Assembly: GCA_964247055.1 (NCBI GenBank)
Contig: OZ176057.1
Coordinates: 5,704,001 to 5,768,000 of the forward strand
Length of the DNA: 64,000 nucleotides
Direction: 5' to 3'
Source: Paragordius varius
Lineage: Eukaryota > Animalia > Nematomorpha
Numbering within the stretch: position 1 is the first letter of the stretch; the number at the start of each line of letters is the position of its first letter. This document shows, in pieces, positions 1-13,879 of this stretch. Under the pieces are notes generated by a model that had not been told where the DNA came from, ran no database searches, and worked only from the letters and a program-made list of their open reading frames with translations. The position numbers and the translations under genes were made by a program.

Positions 1-59
1 AAATTAATTGAAAATATTTTTCAATTTTTATGAGATATTCTTTATTTTATCATTAAACT

Positions 60-470
60 ATATAAAAAAAATTTTTAGAATTCAATTCAACTATTTAACA
101 CTTTAAAATAATTATATTTTATAATTTATTCAAAAAAAACTTTTTTTTCCAATTTTATAAAATTTAATAAATTAAATATTATATAAATATTTAATTTTTT
201 ATTAATTTTATATATTTATATATATATATATATATATATAAAATTTTGGAATGTAATTCAACTATCTAAAACTTTAAAATAATTATATTTAATAATTTAT
301 TGAAAAACTTTAATTTTTAAAATTTATTAAATATTTAAATTTTTTTTATTTAAATATTTATATATAAAATTTAATTTTTTTTAAATTTAAATTTTTGATT
401 TTTTAAATTCAATTCAGAAACTTTAAAATAATTATATTTTATAATTTGAAAAGCACTTAAATATTTTAAA
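60..470. repeat. ~170-bp degenerate tandem repeat, ~3 units, with (TA)n
   Basis: aattcaactat.taa.actttaaaataattatattt recurs at ~80, ~255 and ~410. Confidence 0.6.
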
Positions 471-524
471 ATTATTAAATATAATAAAAAATTTTTAATT
501 TATTAATATTTTAATATTTTTAAA

Positions 525-556
<32 letters not shown>

Positions 557-674
557 CTTTAGATATTAATTTTTAATTATTATAATTTAATATTTTTATA
601 ATTTAATATTTAAATTTTTGATAAATTTATTAGATATTTTTAAATTTAAATATTTTATTTTTATAATTTTTCAG

Positions 675-3600
675 ACTTCAACAAATTATGAAGGGACATC
701 AGATGTTTTAAGTGATAATTATAATACTAGCCTTACAGAAGAAAATAATAGTAGTTTATTTGATATTCAACAATTTCAACATGTTTTACGACGAAAAAAT
801 GGCCGAATCCAAAGAATGAATGTATGAAAATTTTGTTAAAAATATAAATTGTTTTAAAATTTAGAAATATATAAAATTTGTTTTAAAAATATACATTATT
901 TATAAATATATAATATTAAAAAATATTTTATTACGAAAAAATTAAAAATTATTTAAAAAAAATAATGAAAAAATAAGATTTTTAAAAATTATTTAAAAAA
1001 TTTATATTAGATTTCAAAAAATTGAAAAAAATATCATTAAACTGTAAGATATTTCATATTTTGTAATAGCAAAAAATATATGGCTTAAAGAGATTTTATT
1101 AAGTTAAATTTTAAATTTTAGCATTGTAAATATATTTATACATATAAAATTTTATTTTAGTAAAAAAAGGTTTTTTTAAAATTATTGAAAAATTATTTAA
1201 TTTTGTATTTTAAAATTTATAATATATTATAAGGGTGAATAAAAATAATGTAGTAAGAGTAGTAAAAATAATGGAATTATATAAGGACTGACAAAACCGT
1301 AAAAAACTATAAAGACTTTTTTTTGCCTTAAAAGACCATTAACCCCCCTTGATATTTTTTTAAATCTTAAAATTAATTTTTAAATATAATTACTCTTTAT
1401 TTAACATTGGCAAATAATATAATTTCCATAATTTTTACTCTTTTTTTATATAATAAATATATATTGTATCTTTAATTAATATAAAAAGTATAATTTTCAT
1501 TTTTACTTTTTTATAATTATTTATTTTTTATATTAATAAATATATTTATAAATAATTTTTTTGCTTTTGAATATAAAATGATTAAATTAAATTTTAGCAT
1601 CAAATAGAAACTTTACAAAAGCAATTAAGTATTGTATCGAATGAGTTAGTCTTAAACAATGATGTACGCGCCATAAATACCGAATTAATGAACAAAATTG
1701 AAAATATCACACAAGAATTAAATCAACTCAAAGTAATAATATATTTTTTAATTATATTTTTCTGGTTTTTTTATAATTTTTTTAAAAAAAATATCTTTTT
1801 TTTAAATATTTGGATAGTTTTTTTACTAAAGTTTTGTCCCCTTTTAAGTAATTTTGAATATATATATATATATATTAAATCAACTCAAAGTAATAATATA
1901 TTTTTTTAATTATATTTTTCTGTTTTTTTTATAATTTTTTAAAAAATATTCATTTGAATAGTTTTAGGTTTAATAAAGTTTTGGCCCCTTTAAAGTAATT
2001 TAAAATCTGAAAATAATATATATATTAAATCAACTCAAAGTAATAATATATTTTTTTAATTATATTTTTCTGGTTTTTTTATAATTTTTTAAAAAATATT
2101 CATTTGAATAGTTTTAGGTTTAATAAAGTTTTGGCCCCTTTAAAGTAATTTAAAATCTGAAAATAATATATATATATATATATATATATTATTAAATCAA
2201 CTCGTAATAATATATTTGTTTTATATCTTTTTAGTTTTTTTGTTTTATTATAATTTTTTTAAAAAAAATATCTTTTTTCAAAATATTTGGATAGTTTTTT
2301 TAAATAAAATTTTGGCCCCCTTAAAGTAATTTGAAATTTGAAATTATCTGCATAGATATTTTTTATTTAAAGTAAAAATTGAATAGACAAATATTTTTTA
2401 AATTTCAGCTTAGTATTTTAAGTTAATTTTTGTATAATATAATATTTACAATTTAAATTCATCCCCCTTGAACAATTTAAATTCACCCTAAAAATAAATT
2501 ATGTGTTTTCGAACTAATATAATTCATTATTAATATAAAATATATTTTTATGGTATAGTTTATTATTTTTTCAGTATTATTTTAATTTTAAATAGAATTT
2601 TTAACTTTTTAAAAATATATAAAATATAGGTAATTTTTAATCTTAAAAAATATATATTTTATTAGAGGGTGAAATTGAATTGTCCAAGGGTGAATTTGAA
2701 TTGTTCGAAGGTGAATTTGAATTGTTTAAGGGTGAAATTGAATTGTAAATGGTATATATATGTGCATATATGGGATAAATATCTGACACCTTTTTAAATT
2801 TAACATTTAAATTAAAAATTATTTATGAAAGACAAATAATTTTCTTTAAATATTCCAGCTTATACTATTAGTTAAAATTAATTTTTTTTAGTTTAATACA
2901 TAGATATATATATATATATATATATGTATTATGCGAAATAATGAAAAAAACGAAATAAATTAAAAACACTCTCGTCAAATATATATAAAAATTTATTTAA
3001 AAGTACGGGGTAGTATTTTATAAAAACAATAATATTTATTTTAGTATTTTCAATTGTGTATTTGAATTAAATTACACACATAATTGAAAATATATCAAAT
3101 GTTTTTTTTTTGTGCAAACAATATAATTAATTATTACAATGTCTTTCTAAGGATTCTTATATATACTATTTCAAATTCCTCTATAAAGTATATTAGAATT
3201 AAAAATTACAGTAAAATACAATAAAAATTGAAATTCTTATACTATAGACAAAAACGATATACAAATATAAAGACAAATATTTTTTTATCTAAACGACAAT
3301 AATTTTTCACATATAAGCTACTATTTAGTTGTTACAATTATAATAAAAATATAGAATGGATTGTGTTAATAATATTTCGTTTAAAACAATGAGTTAGTTA
3401 TATTGAAATAAATCTAAATTTAAATAGTAATTAAAAATATTTGTCTTTATATATTTACATTTTGTCCTCACGTATTAATTCAGTTTAAAACACAGGACAC
3501 AGTAGTGTATGGAAAAAAACAACAAAATGCTGAATAAAAAAAATTTTTTCCTTTCTTTTTATTCCATACACACCTCCTGTGTTGCGAATTGATATACTAT

Positions 3601-5279
3601 AGTGTTGTGAAATAAGGAACCATTCATTAAAATACATTTTATATTATATTTGAGCTGTTTAAAACCAAAATTTACTCAAATCTAAATTATAGGAAATTGC
3701 TCAATAATTGAAAAAAAATCATTAAAAAAATGTTTTGATTACACAAAATAAAAGATAATCTTTTGTTTTATTTAGATAAAAAGATGAAATCATATAAATT
3801 GATAACAAAATCAATGATATACAGTAAAAATTGAAATTTTTATACTATGGACAAAAACGTAAATATATAAAGACAACAATTTTTCCTAAAACGAAAATCA
3901 TATTTTTTGAATCTTGATTGATTCTTTAAAACTTAGTGTTTTACACTGTAATTAATGTAAATATTGTCAACGAAAACGAATATTTTATGTTAAAATAATA
4001 ATTTAAATTCTCGTAAAATTTATTAAATTTAAACTATATCCAAAATTTTCGAATGAGAGTATCTTTTTTCAATGGATTAACTAAAACAAAAGAAATTAAT
4101 AATAAGATATAATTAAAACAAAATTTGAAAAAAAGCTTACGATTGTAATTAAATATTTTATTGGGCAAAAATTAATTTTTGTGGTTATATTTTGATAAAT
4201 AAATTTGTCTTTATATTTTTACGTTTTGTCCTCAGGTATGATTTCAGTTTTTACTTAAACAGTATGCCATTCAATGATTGCTTATTTCACAACACTATAG
4301 AGTATAGTTGGGGGCAATATGCAAGCCACACAGGACAGTAGTCAGTATGGAAAAAAGATAAGAGATAATTATTTATTCAACATTTTGTTGTTTTTTCCCA
4401 TACACTACTGTGTTGTTCCTTGCAAATTACTCAACTATAGTATAGCATTTACAGTTCAAATTCACCCTTGAACAATTCAAATTCACCCTTGAACGATTCA
4501 AATTCACCCTAAATATAAATTATGTGTTTTTTAACTAATATAACTCATTATTTATATGAAATATATGTTTATGGTCTAGTTTATTATTTTTTTCAATATT
4601 ATTTTAATTCAAAACAAAATTTTTATTTTTGAAAAATATATAAAATATAGGTAATTTTCCATCTTAAAAAACATATATATTATATTTGAGGGTGAATTTG
4701 AATTGTTCGAGGGTGAATTTTTGTTCAAGGGTGAATTTGAATTGTTCAAGGGTGAATTTGAATTGTTTAAGGGTGAAATTGAATTGTAAATGGTATATAC
4801 GTGAAATAAGCAACCATTAAAATGCATATTTTAATTGATTAACAATTATACAATCGTATAATATATAATTGATTATTTTACCATATTTTATACTTTGCAG
4901 TTTTAAAAACAATGAGTTTTGTAAAATTTCAACAAGTATGAGGGTTTTTTTGTATTTGGAAGCAAAAAAAACATTTGTCTTTATATATTTACGTTTTGTC
5001 CGTATATAATTTCATATTTTACTGTATTTCGACTTAATTTTACTTTTTTTACAATTAAATTATTTATATAAAATAAATTTTTTTTTCAAATTTTTCAAAT
5101 TTTAGTTAAATATATTTTATTTTATTGTTAAATTTTTTGCGTTTTAGACGAGATATTCCGCCCTTTTAGAAATGTATGGTGAAAAGGAGGAAAATATACA
5201 GGAATTAAGATTGGATCTTGAAGAACTTAAAACATTATACCGAGATCAATTGAATTTATTAACCAATGAAAAACTTTAA
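675..5279 (+). CDS. TMF1: TATA element modulatory factor 1 (TMF1/ARA160 golgin), last three exons: 675-821, 1598-1732, 5148-5279; the 5' part lies outside the window
   Basis: Phase-0 GT-AG exons join to ...FQHVLRRKNGRIQRMN|HQIETLQKQLSIVSNELV...ITQELNQLK|TRYSALLEMYGEKEENIQELRLDLEELKTLYRDQLNLL*. This matches the TMF TATA-binding C-terminal motif (remembered human QRYNTILQMYGEKAEEAEELRLDLEDVKNMYKTQID). Confidence 0.85.
1717..2345 (+). repeat. ~155-bp tandem repeat x4 that includes the TMF1 exon end and donor
   Basis: ATTAAATCAACTCAAA|GTAATAATATA at ~1717 (true junction), 1874, 2024 and 2191 (last copy lacks AAA). Confidence 0.9.
3822..4255. mobile_element. Tc1/mariner-type MITE family B (degenerate copy)
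   Basis: TA-CAGTAAAAATTGAAAT...GGACAAAAACGT...AAAGACAA left end, with an inverted right end. Confidence 0.6.
4447..4793. mobile_element. Foldback MITE family C (21-bp subterminal repeats)
   Basis: CATTTACA...TGTAAATGG termini with inverted AAATTCACCCTTGAACAATTC arrays. Another copy lies at ~2444-2752. Confidence 0.8.
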
Positions 5280-5890
5280 AAAAATAACCTAAGAAAATAA
5301 TGGAAAAATTTATAGCTGAAAATATAGTATTAAAAATTGAAATTTCTTGATAAAAAAACATATAAAAAGTAATTTTTAATAAAACAAACCTTAAATATTT
5401 TAAATAAAACTCGATTGTTTTAATAAACTGCAAAGAGTATAAAATAGAAGAGATGTATATTAAAACTCTTAATGCTTTTTTCAAGGATAAATTAGGGCTT
5501 TATATGAAAAAAAAATTACGTTTTACAAAAAAATCTAACAAATAAAACATAAAAAGTAAGGGATAATATGTTTTTTTTATAATACTGATTTTTGAAACCT
5601 TTATATATGTTAATTTAACTTATTTTATTACAATTGTTAAATATGTAATTAAGAATATACATAATCTTTATAACTTATTGCATTCTAAAATACAATAAGT
5701 TATAATTTAAAAATTTCAAGGTCCAGAAAAATTATTTGATTTTAGTGTAATAATTTTAATTTTTTACATTTTTTTTGAATAATTTTAATTTTTTACATTT
5801 TTTTTCGAGTAACTTTGCTGGGAATATTTGCAAATGTATAGATTGCTACCTATTTTTTTCTAATTTTTGCACCCTAATAAATTGTATTTA

Positions 5891-6189
5891 TAGTTAAAAT
5901 TGATATTATACGGAAGGACAAAATGTAAAAATATAATGACAAAATTTTTTTTTTAAAAAAGACAACCCCATACTTTTTAAAAATTAATTCATCCTATAAA
6001 AAAACCTTTTATTAAATCGTAAAACCTAATTGATATAATTTACATCACTATATATTTAGTTTGTAGTTTAAAAAAATGAGTTATATTAACAAAAATTGAG
6101 ATAAATAAAGTATGGGGTTGTTTTTTTGAAAAAAAAATATTTGTCTTTATATTTTTACGTTTTGTCCGTATATAATTTCAATTTTACTG
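5891..6189. mobile_element. MITE family B
   Basis: ~55-bp inverted termini ending ...TTTTGTCCGTATATAATTTCAATTTTACTG-TA. Further copies at ~3214-3490, ~7694-7976, ~9743-10035, 11247-11499, 21254-21541 and ~55797-56038. Confidence 0.7.
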
Positions 6190-8559
6190 TATATATGCAA
6201 CCTTAATTTAATGTTAAAATACCACTACCCGATTGTGATAATATTAAAATATCGTTTGAGTATAATTTATATTCATTATAAAATATATTTTGATTAGAAA
6301 AATAAATTTTGTATATGGGATATTAAATTTCAAATTATTTATTGCCATAATATAAATGAATCGTAATAGGTAAGAGATAAAAAAATTGCCATTATAACTA
6401 ATTTTATTGGCGTTTCAGTTGTGTTTTTATATATGGAAAAATAAAATTTATCTGTGTTAAATTTAATTTTGGTGGAAATATCGAGATATAATAAATTTTT
6501 AGGAAATAACTGATTGCCTTATATCAGATATTTATTAGGGTGATTTTTTGTTCCATAACTGAAAAAATTCAAAAACAAATCAAACTAATTTTAAGTTACT
6601 TTGCTTAAAAATTTAAGATGTATTAGTTTTTGGAAGCAATTTGCTCATGATTTGTGTGCATTTGACTGTTTTTTCAAAAAAAAGTCCGATCAGACCCAGT
6701 CAGACCATGGTCATAACCACTTTATGCTTAAGTGAATATCATGCAATTACGACACTTGCGTTTCAATAATAATTTCATGCTAAAAAGTTTTTATTATACA
6801 TTTTTTTGATATTTATTATTTGCAAATATGTTAAATTCAATTAAAGAATTTTGTTTTTAAATAAATTTTGCCACATATTTGTGCCTTCTGAATCTCAAAA
6901 TTACTGGATATTCAAATAAACTTTTACCTAGTTTGTTTTAAACTTTCTTTCATCATTGAAATATCCAATTATAAAATGTTTTTTATATTGGTTCTTATAT
7001 ATGTAATTTTTCAAAGTACTTGATGTATTGTTTTTCGAAATAACGGATGCTTAAATCCTAATGTTATAAGGATGCATGTTTAACAATTTTATAATGTTAA
7101 ATAAGCATAATTATATATTAAATATATTAAAAAATAAAATCTTACTATTCTTCCAAAAAAATATACCACTCAAAAACACCTGTTTTTTTAATAACCATGG
7201 TCAAAAAATAAATGTTCACTGACCGGGTCATGACTTGGTACTTTAGATATTAGATAAATTATATTAGAATATACAACATTTAACTTAATAAAATAGATTT
7301 TATATAGTAAGTAATAACAAAACCATTATATTTGATTAATGTATGTTCATAGCCTTTTACATGCAAAATCATATTGTTTCCACAAAGTTAATAATAAAAA
7401 AGTGTAGCAAATTTTTAAAGATATTTTCGAAAACCGACAGCATCAAAAGATAGGAAAATAATATTTATTTAAACAAAAATTTCAATTTTAAGAAATTAAT
7501 AAAAAAAATGCGTTATGAAGATTGAATCTATCAGGTTTCTGTAGATTTTAATTTTGGGACTTACGAATCATGTAATAAATATATATTTCCACTTATGTGT
7601 GCAATTTGCTTTATAACGAAAAGTAATGTTTTATGTTAAGAGGAGTGATGTTTTGACATAAAAACATGTGTTAAAATAAAAATAAATTGGCATAAAAATT
7701 GTAATTATACGGACAAAACTTTTATATAAAGACAAATATTTTCAAAAATACTACTACACTTTTTTAATCTTGATTTTTTAAAATATAATTCATTGTTTTA
7801 AACTACAAAGTATAATATAGAAATGGCAATAGGGTAATACAATCAATTATGTATTTTACCTTTGCTATTAAACGTTTTTAATAGGATTAATTAAGGTTTA
7901 AAAAAGTATGGTTGTCTTTAAAAAAATAATTTTTGTCAGTATATTTTATTTTATCCGTATAATTCCAATTTTACTGTAATATCAAAAATGATTGTAATAT
8001 ATTTGAAAATACCAAAATATAATGTAAATCAAATATGCCTGCAATAAAAATTTATATAATTAAGTACCGAAACAAATATTTATATTTAGAATGTTGTCAA
8101 CAAATTTGAAGTTTTTAAGGATCAATTTAAATTTTTGCAGTGTAAAACGGTATCTATAGGTTACAAAAAATTAATTATTGCCGATTAAAGTAAGGCAATT
8201 AGCAGCACAGTAGTGTATGGAAAAAAACAACAAAATGATAAATAAACAATTATTTCCTTTCTTTTTTCCATACAATAATGTGTAGTTGCATATTGCCCAA
8301 CTATAGTATGTGAAATAAGCAACCATTAAAATGGATACTGTAAATGCAAATCGGTAACATAGTTTAAGTTTAAAATTCAAAAAATTTAAGTTTTTTTTAT
8401 AAAAAATTAACCTTACTTTTTATGTTTTGACTTTACATTTCTAATTTTACAGTATGTGTTTAATAGTGTGACGTATATAAACTACAAAAAGTGTGATTTA
8501 ACGATGCTTTATTGTTAATGTCAACAACATAAAACAATATAAAGTTATCATAAAAATTA

Positions 8560-10319
8560 ATGGAAAACAATCAAAACCAGCATTCTTCTAAAGAAGATGA
8601 AAAGAGATTGTCAAATAAAAAAGAAATTTCTCCGACGGACCTAAATTTGTTAGCCATTGGAAGTCCGATCGAATATTATGAATCATCAAAAGTTATTCAA
8701 ACCCGCAAAAGGGTATAAAATACCAAAATTTTTGAGAATTTAATATTAGATATACTATGTTCTGACAAAAGCAACATATTTTCAGAACGCAATCTTTTTT
8801 CAGGCAAATACAATTAGAATGTTGCGTTTGGTTAAAAAAATGTTGTCTTTGGTTGAAAAATTTGTTGTGTTGATTGGGAATTGCTGCGTTTGCTTGAAAA
8901 AATGTTGTTTTGACTGAAATGATATACAGGCAATACATTATAAAAGAAATATTTTTTTAAACAGTCTATCATACTTTCTTTACCTTAATTTTTTAAATCT
9001 TTAGTTTCCATTTCCCTCCCAAAATGGTTGGTATTATTAAAGAAATGACAAGGTTTAAAAAATGAACAGTTGTCTTTTAACAAAAATAGTTTTGTCTTTT
9101 ATATTTTTTTTATTTCTTTACGGTATAAAAGCTAGAAGAAAAAGTGGACTCTATAATGCAAGAAGAACCCATTTCAAATCAAAATTTTAACAATGATTCG
9201 CCTCAATCACCTGATAAGAGCCCAACAGAAATAATATCAGAAGACTTAAATATCGTACAAACTTCAAAATTATCAGAGGCTTTAACCAGTAGCAATGAAA
9301 ATATAACTTATGAAAAAGAACTAGCTAATAAAATGAAAGTTATAAATGATGAAGCGTTTATTAAAGACAAATTTGCTAAAACTAAATTTACTGATAAAGA
9401 ACAAAATCTGATTGACTTTAATACAAGTGGCAGTGATTTGAAGGAAGAACAAACAATTATTACATTGACCGATAATAAAAGAGATGAAAATTGCGACACA
9501 TGTGACAAAAATTTAAAAGAAAATATTAAAAAACAAGACTCTCCAAAAAATTTTACTTACACGGATGATAAAAGCACAACACCAAATGTATTAGAATTAC
9601 CCAGCAAGCATTCTTTCCATCGCCCTTCGTTAGATCATCGACTAAATTTACTAAATCAAGTTTAATCATAAAAATAATTTACTGTAAAAACTAAAATTAA
9701 AATTAATAATAGATAATTACTATATTCTGGATTGGTCAGATACTGAAAAATTGAAATTATAACGTACAAAACGTAAATATATAAAGACAAATATTTTTTT
9801 GCCAAAGATAACCCCATACTTTTTTAAACCTTAATTTTCCTTATATAAATGATATGTACAATTGTAAAATATATAATTAATTGATAGCTTTATCCATAAA
9901 CTTATCAATTTCATACTTTGCAGTTTAGAACAAGGAGTTATATATAAAAAATACAAAATTTTAAAAAGTATGGTTGTCTTTTAGAAAAAAAATACTTTGT
10001 ATTTTAATGTTTTGTCCGTAAAATTTCAGTTTCTGTTTTATTTAATTTTTATTTGATTGTATATATTTTTACCATTGTTTTTATATAAAATAAAGAAATA
10101 TCCAAAAAATTAAATTTTATAATATTATTTCCTAACAATAAAACAACTAACTAGAAAATGGTAGGAAGTACGGGAAAAACTTCACCAGAAAATTTGGAGG
10201 AATTGAGTTGGGCGTGGGATACTAAAAGACTAAAAGAACTAAACAACTCTTTCCAGGCCTGGTTAACACGCAACGAATGCATAATAACTGACAAAATTCA
10301 AAACAATGTTGTTTCATAA
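8560..10319 (+). CDS. Unrecognised protein, paralog 1 (~281 aa); exons 8560-8712, 9132-9659, 10155-10319
   Basis: MENNQNQHSS...IQTRKR|LEEKVDSIMQEEP...HRPSLDHRLNLLNQ|KMVGSTGKTSPENLEELSWAWDTKRLKELNNSFQAWLTRNEC...VVS*. All junctions are phase 0 and the frames are conserved between paralogs. Confidence 0.65.
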
Positions 10320-10754
10320 AATAAAATAGTAGAAAAAATAATGAATTAAATGTTTTATATACTCTTTGGGCTTTTTATAGCTATAATTTGAAAATTTGCA
10401 TTTCCCCTTCAATTGATGACTAAAACCATGAGTCCAAATATATATTGGCGGTCTACAAAGCTTTTTAAACCTTAAAAACCGGTATATTTTGATTGTAAAG
10501 TAAATCGAATAGAGTAAATTGGTGCAAAATCAATTATTGTAGGGAAACCAAGGTTTAAAAAAGTATAGTTAGATTCGAAATATATGTTTTTTACGTTTTG
10601 TCTGTGTTATTAAATTTTTACTGTGTGTTATATCAATACATGGTGTTAAGGTTATAATTTCTATATTTTAATTTTAAAAAGTACTTTGACCCCGGTCTAT
10701 GTTAATGTAACTCATAAAAAGTAATAAAAATTTTTAAAAAAAATGTTATATTAA

Positions 10755-10865
10755 CACTTGGATACAACCCATTCATTTTAGTCCTTCGATACAAATTGGG
10801 CTATTAAATACTCCAGGCCTGTTTAAAATTAAATCCTTTAAAAAATATGGAAGGAATCGAAACCA
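10755..10865 (-). mobile_element. Truncated right end of piggyBac-like MITE family D
   Basis: TTAA-CACTTGGATACAAC...TTTTAGTCCTTCGATACAAATTGGG...CCAGGCCTGTTTAAAATTAAAT is the reverse complement of 42550-42668. Confidence 0.85.
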
Positions 10866-11763
10866 TTTGCTAAAACTAAATTTACTGATAAAGAACAAAA
10901 TCTGATTGACTTTAAAACATGTAGTGGTGATTTGAAGGAAGAACAAACAATTATTACATTGATCGATAATAAAAATGATGAAAATTGCGACACATGTGAC
11001 AAAAGTCCAGAAGAATTGAATATTACAAAACAAAACTCTCCAAAAAATTTCAATGTCACAGATGATAAAAGCTCAACACTAAATGTATTAGGATTACCCA
11101 ACAAGCATTATTTCCATCGCCCTTCGTTAGATCATCGACTGAATTTACTAAATCAAGTTTAATCATAAAAATAATTTAATGACCAAAACCGTAACATTAA
11201 ACTTTAATAATAGATAATTACTATATTTACCTGTATTAGTCAAATACTGTAAAATTGAAATTATACGTATAAAACGTAAAAATATAAAGACAAATATTTA
11301 AGACAACCATAAACTTTATTTTTTCTCATATAATTTTTTTTACTACAAATGCAAAATATAAAATAGATTGTTTTACCAATTTACATATTTTGCAAACAAT
11401 GAGTTATTAAAAAAACAAACTTTCAAAAAGTATGGTCTTGTCATTTAGAAAAAAATATTTGTCTTTATAATTTTACGTTTTGTATTTCAGTTTCTACTGT
11501 ATTTTATATTACTTTCATTGTATATATTTCAATCATGGTTTTTATATAATTTAATCCAAAAAATTTAATTTTATGATATAATATCCTGACAATAAAACAA
11601 CCAGAAAATGGTAGGAAATACAGGAACACCAGAAAATTTGTATGAATTGAGTTGGGCGTGGGATACTAAAAGGCTAAAAGAACTAAACAATCCTTTCCAG
11701 GCCTGGTTAACACGGAACGAATGCCTAATAACTGACAAAATTCGAAACAATGTTGTTTTATAA
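10866..11763 (+). pseudogene. Partial duplicate (1b): 3' half of exon 2 (to 11156) plus intact exon 3 (11605-11763)
   Basis: Starts mid-exon at TTTGCTAAAACT, fused to the MITE end. Exon 3 is open and has an in-frame 6-nt deletion. Confidence 0.7.
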
Positions 11764-13467
11764 AATAAAATAATAAAAAAAATATAATGAAATAAATGTT
11801 TTTTAATACAAAGTATCAATTAGTTTATTCAAAATTTATTATCTTACTTTGTACTACTTGTTTTTTACCTTTAATAATAATAAAAATTAACTAACTCCGT
11901 ATATATATTGGTAGTACCAGTAACTAAAGTTATTTTACCTATATATATTCATAAGTGTATGCTGAAAAAAGTTTTTTTGAATTTTATAATTTTCGGACAC
12001 AAGTTTTACAGTTCAAATGAAATTGTTAAATCATACAGATAAATATATTAAAAAACCGGTATATTTTTTAAACTTTATTAATTGTAAAGTATATCTAATA
12101 GAGCTTTAAATTAGTACAAAATCAATTGTTATAGGATAACCAAGGTTTAAAAAATTATAGTTATATTCAAAATATATGTTTTTTACGTGTTGTCTGTGTT
12201 ATTCAATTTTTACTGTGTTTTAGATGTGTAAATAGTATCAATACATGGTGTTAAATACTAAAAATTTATTTTTAAAGGTGCTTTGACCCTGGACTATTTA
12301 GCGTAATTTATAAAACGTAATAAAAAACATGTTAAAAAAGAAGGAAATATAATTTACTTTTTACTTTTTTATATGCATTTAGCCATTGTGTTTCTTCCAA
12401 TAAACTTTATTTTATAGATAAAACATTTAAAATTTAAATAATGCTTCTTGAAAGAGTTTATATAAACAGTTAATAGACTAGTAACCTGTTTGTTAAAAAG
12501 CCATCACAGAATAAAGCTAAAAAAAACAAATTAAATACTTGAGTCATTTAAAAAGGTAGTAAATATATGATAGTTATAATAAGCATTCTAATGTTTTACT
12601 GCATAATATTTATTTTTCTTGATTCAAAATTGACGGTAATGTGCGAGTTAGCTTATTAATAACTATCAGTATTTTCAGGACCTAGTGAAAAATTAGCGAT
12701 AATTATTTGCATTTTTCTGATTCGGAACCCTAAGAAATGATATTTTTGCTATAGTATTTTAACCGCATATTAACATTTCCATATTTATCAATCTTTTAGA
12801 TATGTAATGATATATAATTTTTATAAACATTGTTTCTGCTAATACTAACAAATATTTTAAAAAAAATTAAATAAGAAAAATTTTAGAATTCATATTTATT
12901 CTTTCTAGATTTAAATGATCTGAATTTGCCGTTTTTAGAAATAGCAGGTAAAGAACATGAAAATTGGTTGTGCAATGTTATTTCATACCCATTTATAATA
13001 TTAAATAATTAAATCGCTTTATAAATCCTTCATATATTTTAATGCTTTCAACATTTTAAAAATTACAAATATCATCTAATAAATTATATCTTATCTAAAC
13101 TAACAAGTATTCCTTACTTCATATAAACAAACAATTAAGTGTATTAAAAACATCAAACTAAATTGCCTTCACAGCTTAAAAAGTTTTAAACAGTAAAAAT
13201 TCAATCAACCTCTCAACTTTGCCCCTTATGCCAGGCGGTTTATAAGTCTCGGTATAAAGTCGAGCTTTTTCTTCAACTAATCAGTTAATGATATGCAAAT
13301 AGTCCCTACTCTGATGATTTAAAACATTTTTTTAACAACTAAAAAATCGATTTCCTTATCAATCAACCTTCTCACTTTGCTCCTTATACTGAAAAAATTG
13401 GCGGTTTAAGAGTATCCGTATAAAGTCAAGCTCCCCCCAATTTAACAGATTATGGTATATATATATA

Positions 13468-13879
13468 CCATTTACAATTCTATTTCACCCTTAAACAATT
13501 CAAATTCATCCTTGAACAGTTAATCCACCCTCGAACAATTCGAATTCACCCTCAAATAAAATATATGTTTTTTAAGATTAAAAATTACCCCTATATTTCT
13601 ATATATTTTTAAAAAATAAAAATTTTGTTTTAAATTAAAATAATACTGAAAAAATAATAAACTATGCCATAAACATATTTTCATATCAATAATAAGTTAT
13701 ATTAGTTCGAAAATACATAATTTATTTTTAGGGTGAATTTGAATTGTTCAAGGGTGAATTTGGATTGTTCAAGGGTGAATTTGAACTGTTCGAAGGTGAA
13801 TTTGAATTGTTCGAGGGTGAATTTAAATTGTTCAAGAGTGAATTTAAATTTTTCAAGGGTGAATTTGAACTGTAAATGG
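13468..13879. mobile_element. Foldback MITE family C
   Basis: TA|CCATTTACA...TGTAAATGG|TA with inverted 21-mer arrays. The same site is occupied in copies 2 (~18530-18861) and 3 (23511-23898). Confidence 0.9.

Noticed and set aside
8171-8380. ORFs at 8171 and 19552 conserved between tandem copies
   Set aside because: They overlap the family A hairpin element, and the frame is not preserved consistently across the three copies.
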